From a virus, in IMG/VR virus record IMGVR_UViG_3300045988_005517, positions 1 to 28,277 of that record: a stretch of DNA of 28,277 nucleotides. One strand, written 5' to 3'. A program made the position numbers and the translations under genes. Shown in pieces: positions 15,330 through 22,800 of this stretch. Each line of letters opens with the position of its first letter. Position 1 is the stretch's first letter. The notes under the pieces were generated by a model. It was not told where the DNA came from. It worked only from the letters and a program-made list of their open reading frames with translations, and did not search any database.

Positions 15330-15671
15330 ATGATTCTATCTATCAACGGACGAGACTTTAATTTGATTTTCGGACTTGCGTTCTTGCGTGAGATCAACAA
15401 ATTGCACTCAGCAGAGCTTGAGGGCATGAAGACTGGTTACGGTGCTATGACATTGATTTCAGCCGGTGTCGCTATCAACGACCCTCTTGCATTCGTGGAC
15501 ATCATCAAAGCTGGTACGATTACAGCACCACAAAAACCAAGTGATGCAGACATTGAAGCCTATCTTGCTGATTTGATTGACAAAGGTAAATACAAAGAGA
15601 CAATCGACTCTATTATTGACGAGTTAAAAGCGTCATCCCTACTCAAACTCGCAATGAACGTTCAAGAGTAG
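15330..15671 (+). CDS. tail assembly chaperone (gpG analogue)
   Basis: 113 aa, between the major tail and tape measure genes. The downstream ORF is in the -1 frame and overlaps it. Confidence 0.75.
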   Translation: MILSINGRDFNLIFGLAFLREINKLHSAELEGMKTGYGAMTLISAGVAINDPLAFVDIIKAGTITAPQKPSDADIEAYLADLIDKGKYKETIDSIIDELKASSLLKLAMNVQE

Positions 15672-16048
15672 GGCAAAGTCAACCAGATTATGATTTCAGC
15701 TATGATGACGCAATGGCTCTATTGATTGCAAGGCACGGCATGAGCTACGTTGAAGCTGCCAGGACAACTCTTGTTGAATTTGAGGTATACAATACCGCCT
15801 ACGCAATTAAACAAGAGGATATCCGTTTTAATGCAGCAATCCAAGCATGGTATAACCAAACCGTCCAAGCTACCAAAGGCAAGGGCAAGAGTGTTCGCTC
15901 AGCTTACAGAACCTTTAATGAGTTTTATGACCATGAAAAAGAGTTCAGTAAGATATTTAAACCAGAGGACACTGCGCCTAGAAGTCGAGCGCTCTCGTTA
16001 GCTGATAAGAATAGGATCATCAATCAAACAAAGAAAGGGGGTAGTTAA
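15620..16048 (+). CDS. -1 frame extension of the tail assembly chaperone (gpGT analogue; expressed as a fusion with 15330-)
   Basis: The -1 frame is open from 15620 to the stop at 16046-16048. The first ATG in it (15713) has no SD. This arrangement is conserved in siphoviruses. Confidence 0.6.
   Translation, partial: RVKSVIPTQTRNERSRVGQSQPDYDFSYDDAMALLIARHGMSYVEAARTTLVEFEVYNTAYAIKQEDIRFNAAIQAWYNQTVQATKGKGKSVRSAYRTFNEFYDHEKEFSKIFKPEDTAPRSRALSLADKNRIINQTKKGGS
15624..15630 (+). promoter_or_regulatory. candidate -1 programmed ribosomal frameshift site (UUA AAA G; A_AAA_G type)
   Basis: This is the only shift-prone run inside the 52-nt two-frame overlap window (15620-15671). Zero-frame codons are tta|aaa|gcg. 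tRNA-Lys can re-pair on AAA at 15626-15628. Confidence 0.4.
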
Positions 16049-19017
16049 TGGGAGCATCTTTTGACGTTACGGCCATATTACGTGCCAACTCAAGCGACTT
16101 CACCAATGGTGTCAATGCTGCTAGGTCTGCCCTTGCTGATTTGAGAAATCAGTCTGGGGGCATGCTTGCTCAAGTTGGTAGCAGCTTGAAGTCAGTTGGT
16201 AGCGCCATGCAGTCAGTCGGTGCAGGAATGACCACGGCTTTCACACTGCCTATGGTTGGTGGGTTAACTGCCGTCATCAAAGGTTATGCAGACCTTGAGC
16301 AATCTTTGGGTGGTGTTTCTACGCTGTTCAAACAGAATGGTTCAAGTGTCAACACCCTTGCCAGAGACTACGGCATGACCAGGGAACAAGCCCAAGCGCT
16401 GTATAACACAATGGACCGTGAGGGAACCAACGTCATCGAGAACGCCAACCGAGCATATAGAACGGCTGGTGTATCTGCTAATCGATACATGGAGCAGGTG
16501 ACGTCGTTCTCAGCTACCTTGCTGCAAGGTCTAGGCGGTGATACTGCCAAGGCTGCAAAGTATGGGGATAAAGCGCTTGTCCAAATGTCTGATAATGCGA
16601 ATAAATTCGGTACTAACATGACCGATATTCAAAACGCTTATCAAGGTTTTGCCAAGGACAACTATTCAATGCTGGACAACTTGAAACTTGGTTATGGCGG
16701 TACCATGTCCGAAATGGCCCGTTTGGTCAATGAGTCTGGTGTCTTGAATGGCGAGTTTGAAGCTACGGCTGACAATATCCGTGACATTCCATTTCATACC
16801 TTGATTGACGCTATCGGTATCACTCAAGATAGATTGGGAGTAACCGGAACGACTGCCAAAGAAGCAAGTACAACCGTTTCGGGTTCATTCAATTCCATGA
16901 AAGCTGCCGCCGAGAACTTAGTAGCCGGCTTGGGTAACAACGAAGCTAATATCAAGCAGCTTATGGAAAACATGAAGCAGACTATCATCACGTTCAAGGA
17001 CAATGTGGTGCGTGTTCTAGGGACTATCTGGGACAATCTGCCAGTTGACGGCTGGGTTAAATGGGCAGCACTTATCGTTGGAGCAGCAGGGCCTATTATT
17101 GCGATATTGGGGACCCTAATCATTTGGATTGGTAACGTTGTTTCTGCATTGAGCACAATCGGTGGCGCTATTAGTTCAGTGGTAGGGTTCTTTTCAAGTG
17201 GCTCTACCGCAGCTAGCGGTCTAGGTGCTGCTTTCAGTGGGCTATCAGTCGGAGCTCTTGCTGCTTTTGCTGCGATTGTTGCTGCAGTTGCTCTAGTTGG
17301 GGCTGCGCTCGTTGACTTATGGAACAATAACGAGAATTTCCGTGCACAAGTTACGGCAATCTGGGAAACCATCAAGAGTGCAATCACTAGCGCTGTTCAA
17401 GCCATTGTGTCGTTCGTTATGTCAATTTGGGGGCAGTTGACTTCATTCTGGAACGAAAACCACGCCTTGATTATGCAAACGGCGACAACTTACTGGAACA
17501 TGTTTAAGGGTGTGATTGAAAATGTAATGAACGCTATCTTACCAGTGATTCAAACTGGCTTGAATTTGCTTATTACATTGTTTTCTACATCTTGGCAACT
17601 TATTACCACTGTCATTTCCACGGCTCTTGAAATCGTGTTAAACATCATTAAGATGGCTATGCAAATCTTACAAGGTGACTGGTCTGGAGCGTGGGAAACA
17701 CTCAAGACTATCTTGTCTACTGTGTGGGAAGGTATCAAGTCTCTTGTTTCAATCGGTATCAATGCTATTGGTCCGATTATCCAAGCGGGTATTCAATTCA
17801 TTCTCGCTATCTGGAACGCAGCATGGGCATTGTTAGCTATTCCATTCCAAACGCTTTGGGCATTACTTCAACAAATCGCTGGCGGAGCTATGACTGCCAT
17901 TAGCGGTGTGATTAGTGCCGGTATCGCCGTGATTCAATCCATTTGGTCAGCGGCGTGGACAGTTATCCAGACAGTTTTCTCGACAGTTTGGAATACAATC
18001 ATGTCTATTCTGTCACCTATCATGGCCGGCATATCAAGCATTATTTCAAGCACTTTGTCAGCTATTCAAGCGATTTGGAACGCTATCTGGACGGGGATTC
18101 AAGCTGTTTTGGCTGGTGTATTAGCTGCTATTGTCGGTTTGGTTACTGGTAACTTCTCACAAGTTCAAGCGGCTATTTCGTCAATTATGTCAGCTATTCA
18201 AGCCACTATCAGTGCGATTTGGAACGCCATTTTGTCACTTATTAGTAGCGTACTAAGTGCGATTGCTAGCACTGTATCAAGTACATGGGCATCTATCCAG
18301 TCAATCGTTTCAAGCGCTATGAGCTCGGTTCAGAGCATTATCAGCTCAGCATGGAGCGCTGTTAGGTCAGCAGTATCAAGCGCCATGAGCTCAATTCAAT
18401 CAGCTATTACTAGCGGATTTAGTGCCGTGGTATCAGCGGTAACAAGTGCCGGTCAGCGTATCATTTCAGCGGTCCGCTCAGCGTTCAGCGGTGCACTTAG
18501 TGCAGCCCGTGGATTCGTTGGGCAAGCTGCAAGCGTTGGTTCTCAATTGATTAGCGGTTTCGTTAGCGGGGTTACATCTGCAGCCGGCAAACTGATTTCA
18601 GCGGTTAAAGGTGCGGTAAGTAATGCCATTAACGGAGCTAAAGCTTTGCTTGGTATCAAATCGCCATCCCGTGTATTCCGTCAATTCGGTATCTACACGG
18701 ATAAAGGTTTCATCATTGGTATTGATAGCAAAGCGGACCAAGTAGCCCGTTCAATGCGCTATATGGCCCAAGGAGCTATCGACGCATTCACCGGGCAAGA
18801 CATCAACGGAGCTATCACTGATGAACTTGGTAGCATGGACGGCCAGTTAGGCCGTTTAGCAGGGTATGATCCATCAGTTTCATTCAACGGCGGCACGATG
18901 TCAGTTACTCAACAAGCAGCGGACATCGTGCTTAAAATGGGTGATACAACTTACAGAGCATTTACTGAGGACATCACTAACGCTCAATCAATGGAATTAA
19001 TGCTTGATAACTATTAA
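16048..19017 (+). CDS. tail tape measure protein
   Basis: 989 aa. Start overlaps the upstream stop (TAATG). Central hydrophobic segments, a long Ala/Ser/Ile-rich helical repeat region with periodic Trp, and a C-terminal KSPSRVF motif common in tape measure proteins. Confidence 0.95.
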   Translation: MGASFDVTAILRANSSDFTNGVNAARSALADLRNQSGGMLAQVGSSLKSVGSAMQSVGAGMTTAFTLPMVGGLTAVIKGYADLEQSLGGVSTLFKQNGSSVNTLARDYGMTREQAQALYNTMDREGTNVIENANRAYRTAGVSANRYMEQVTSFSATLLQGLGGDTAKAAKYGDKALVQMSDNANKFGTNMTDIQNAYQGFAKDNYSMLDNLKLGYGGTMSEMARLVNESGVLNGEFEATADNIRDIPFHTLIDAIGITQDRLGVTGTTAKEASTTVSGSFNSMKAAAENLVAGLGNNEANIKQLMENMKQTIITFKDNVVRVLGTIWDNLPVDGWVKWAALIVGAAGPIIAILGTLIIWIGNVVSALSTIGGAISSVVGFFSSGSTAASGLGAAFSGLSVGALAAFAAIVAAVALVGAALVDLWNNNENFRAQVTAIWETIKSAITSAVQAIVSFVMSIWGQLTSFWNENHALIMQTATTYWNMFKGVIENVMNAILPVIQTGLNLLITLFSTSWQLITTVISTALEIVLNIIKMAMQILQGDWSGAWETLKTILSTVWEGIKSLVSIGINAIGPIIQAGIQFILAIWNAAWALLAIPFQTLWALLQQIAGGAMTAISGVISAGIAVIQSIWSAAWTVIQTVFSTVWNTIMSILSPIMAGISSIISSTLSAIQAIWNAIWTGIQAVLAGVLAAIVGLVTGNFSQVQAAISSIMSAIQATISAIWNAILSLISSVLSAIASTVSSTWASIQSIVSSAMSSVQSIISSAWSAVRSAVSSAMSSIQSAITSGFSAVVSAVTSAGQRIISAVRSAFSGALSAARGFVGQAASVGSQLISGFVSGVTSAAGKLISAVKGAVSNAINGAKALLGIKSPSRVFRQFGIYTDKGFIIGIDSKADQVARSMRYMAQGAIDAFTGQDINGAITDELGSMDGQLGRLAGYDPSVSFNGGTMSVTQQAADIVLKMGDTTYRAFTEDITNAQSMELMLDNY

Positions 19018-19039
19018 GAGAGAAAAGAGGTTTTAGCTA

Positions 19040-19831
19040 ATGTATGATTATGCTTCATTGAAGCGCACGGAATCAACGGTGCTGCAAAGAGCGCCAGTTG
19101 ATAACATGCGTATCAACGGAACACCAATTGAAGATATCATCCAAGGGTATCGACAACTTACAGTTAAGGGGCGTTCACTGCTCAATCGTGAAATTTCAAC
19201 TACTCGTGTTCCTGGGCGCCGTGGTGTCTGGGTGGATAGCGTCAACGATTCAGAGCGTGAGATTGAAGTTAAGTATCAGTTAACTACGGTTACTAGCCAA
19301 GTCATGAGGACCTCTTTCCGAGAACTTAACCGTATCTTGAGAGAGGTCGGTCCTAGTGGCTATCTCGAAGTAACTTTTGATGATGAGCCGGATTTCACTT
19401 ACTACGCAATATTCAAGGAAGCGGACGAAGTCGAGGAAGATAGGCTTTCAATCATTAGCAGTTTCGTTTTGCTAGTGCCAGACGGCTATAAAAAACGAGT
19501 TCCAGAGCGTTCTAACGACGTTGTTTATCTAACTTACGCTAAGCAGGTAATACCTGAGAAGATTGTAGCCGTGACATCTACAGCGGCAACGGAATTTGAA
19601 ATTATCAACGGTCAAACCAAGCTATCGTTTAAGGGTAGCTACGCAGCTAATAAAGAAATCGTCATTAAATTCGGTACAGAAGAAGTGACAGCTACTTATG
19701 ACGGACGTAATATCCTAAGTGAATTACAACGATTTAGCCCGTTAGAGCAGTTTTATGTGAAGGACGGCGACAGATTGACCGGCAAGAATGTAACTATCCG
19801 TGAGGTACAGTGGAGGGATGAGAGTCTATGA
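19040..19831 (+). CDS. distal tail protein (Dit)
   Basis: 263 aa, directly after the tape measure gene and overlapping the Tal gene (ATGA). Size and position fit the siphovirus Dit family. Confidence 0.8.
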   Translation: MYDYASLKRTESTVLQRAPVDNMRINGTPIEDIIQGYRQLTVKGRSLLNREISTTRVPGRRGVWVDSVNDSEREIEVKYQLTTVTSQVMRTSFRELNRILREVGPSGYLEVTFDDEPDFTYYAIFKEADEVEEDRLSIISSFVLLVPDGYKKRVPERSNDVVYLTYAKQVIPEKIVAVTSTAATEFEIINGQTKLSFKGSYAANKEIVIKFGTEEVTATYDGRNILSELQRFSPLEQFYVKDGDRLTGKNVTIREVQWRDESL

Positions 19832-22800
19832 TCTATTTATTCGATAAGGACGAAAAGCTTATCAAGATTGTTCGCAAGCCTGCAATTAAGAAAGCATTGC
19901 AAAAATTCAGCCTTACCACTGAGAACTACGTTTCAGACCGCTTGACTGTCGAAATGAAAGCCTTGAAGGATGATGAACTGGCAAAACTGGAATACATGGC
20001 TATTCAGTCAATCGACGATACCCACAAATTCCATTACTTCTACATCGCCCAAGGCAACACCAAAGGGGATATCACAACGCTTGTCGGTGTTCAATCCGGT
20101 ATTGAGGAGCTACGCAAGACAGTTGTTTATGACAAACGCCCAACAGACCAACGTGCTAGACCAGTCATCGAATGGCTTCTAGCTGGTACAAACTGGTCCC
20201 CTCGCTTCATTGCTGAAACAAACCCAAAGAGCACTAATTTCTATTACATTTCCACATTTGATGCACTGAAAAAAGTGTGCAAGGTGTGGGGCCTAGAGAT
20301 GCAGTTCTTTGTTGAAATGAACGGCAGTCAGATTGGCGCTAGATACATTGATTTCAAGCGCAAAATAGGTGAAGCAGTCGGTAAGCGTGTTGTCTACGGT
20401 CATAACGCCCTTGAAATTCTGCAAGAAGTTGAAAAGACAAACCTATACACCGCCTTGGTTGGTCGTGGTAAAGGGGAACAAGTCAGCTCGGCGGAAGACA
20501 CCGGCAAAGATGCTGACGGTTACGGACGCAAAATCAACTTCGAGGAAGTTGTCTGGTCAAAAGCCAAAGGGGACCCACTAGACAAGCCCCTTGGTCAGAA
20601 ATACCTTGAAATTCCAGAAATGACCGCTAAATACGGCATTAAACAACCAGACGGCAAGATGCGCCCAAAGATTGGCTTTGTCGAATTTAGCGAGGAAGAA
20701 GACAAGAACGAACTTATCAAGCAGACTTACGATGCTTTGATTGAGTCTTCAAGACCTAAACTGACACTTAAAACGTCAACGGTGTATCTCAAAGGCGTCC
20801 AAATCGGGGACACTATCCGAGTTGTCCGACATGACAGACACCTTGATTATGATACACGCATCTTTGAAATCACATTCAACCGCTTAAACAACGAATCTAG
20901 CGACATCAAGCTAGGGGACCGAGTTAGCGAGAGCAATGACGCAAAGGTACAGAGTACCGTCAACAAGGCTCTTGACGAGTTTAAAGCTGGTGAGTTTACT
21001 GAGTTTGTCAAAAAGCTGCCAGAGTTTATCCCGTCAGCTAATGGTTTTAACCATAACTGGTACACAAGCACTGATCCAACAGAATCTCACCCTGGACAAG
21101 TCCTAATCAATGATTCTTGGTACAAACCAGACCCAGAACATGAGGGACACACTATCATGTATCGCTGGACTGGGAAAATGTGGCAAGAGGTACTGAGAAC
21201 ATGGGACGGCACGGGGCTTCAAGACAAAATCAAGAAAGAATTCGAGAAAGTCGCAGCCGACATGGCTAAACAGCAATCAGAACACGACAGAGTGGTTGCC
21301 GAAATCACAGCCAAGGCCACTAATGCGGAAACATTAGCCAGTTCAGCTAAATCAACCGCAGAGGACGCTTTTAGCCGTCTAAACGACGTCAAGAGCGAAG
21401 CTATCACAGAAGCTCGTTACTTGGACACAGTCGAGCGTGCAGAGACAGAGAAGAAGATTGCTGCATCTAAAAAAGACGCACTATCAGAAGCTGTCAAACT
21501 GGTCGATAATGCTAAAAGTACGCTAAACACGGACTTATCAGAGACTGAAAAGAGAGTTGAAGCTCTAAAAGGTTCTATTGGTACATTGTCAAATGACACG
21601 TCAGTACAGTTTGCCAAGATCAATAACGCCCTCATTTCAGTAGCTAGCAAGCAAGACGTTGACAAAGTCAGTCAGCGCGTGTCTAATGCCGAGACGGTTT
21701 TGACACAGCAAGCAGGGCAGATTTCAGCCAAAGCTAGCAAAGAGGAAGTCAATGCTGTTTCTGGGCGTCTAAACAAGGCTGAGAGCTCGTTGACAGTGCA
21801 GGCCGGGCAAATCAGCCAGAAAGCCAATAAGCAGGACGTAGACACGCTGACAGGGCGTGTGAATCGTGCTGAAACGTCTATCACTCAGCAAGCGGACATG
21901 ATTGCATCCAAAGCCAATAAGCAAGAACTTGACAATGTCAATAATCGATTGCTAAACGCAGAAAGTCGTATCACTCAGCAAGCTAACGAGATTAGCCAAC
22001 GAGTGAAGACAAGCGATTTTAATAATGCTACTCAGAGACTTGCGACGACTGAGAGCTCAATCACTCAACTAGGAAATAAGATCACTACTGAGATTAGCCG
22101 TGTGGATAGTAAGATCCCGACAGACTTTGGCAGTCGTAACTTGATTTTGAAATCAGCAGATTTCGAGAATCTACACCGTCAACCCGGAGGAGGCAGAAAT
22201 ACTACTACTACTACGGACGGGCAAGCTTTCCTAATCAAGTCTCATAGCTATTCGAGCGACGTTTACGGTGGTATCTCATGGAACATGGCTATTCCAGAGA
22301 TTAAAGCCGGTGAAACATTCTCGCTCTTGGTTCCGGTTTACATCGACAGCGGGGTAGACATTGACCGTGGCGCTATGATTATCATTAAAAATCATAAAAA
22401 CAATGACAATCTAGTTGCTTACAATATCCCAACAGACCTCAAAAATGAGTGGTTTGACGTTAAGCTGATTTTCACTGCCGGTAAGGACATTGCCCTCGGT
22501 GAATGGCCGTTCTATATTACGGTTTTTAAAAACGGCTATTTGAAAATCAAACCACCTATGCTTGTCAGAGGTACGCTCATTCCCTTGCAGCATACAGTAG
22601 CACCAGAGGACACCGAAGCTGAAATAAGCACGGTTAAAACGACGATAACACAGACCGAGCAGGGTGTCAGTCAGTTATCTCAGAAGCAATCTGAAACAGA
22701 TAGCCGTATCACTAATGCTGAAACTACGGTCAATCAATTGGTCGGTGAAGTGTCGTCGAAAGTATCGAAAACTGATTTCGACAAACTGTCTAAGAGCGTA

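Noticed and set aside
16824-17387. 187-aa antisense ORF within the tape measure gene
   Set aside because: It is the mirror image of the Ala/Ser/Gly-rich repeat region (GCN/AGC codons read as Ala/Ala-rich on the other strand). It has no start context, and every real gene in the window is on the + strand.
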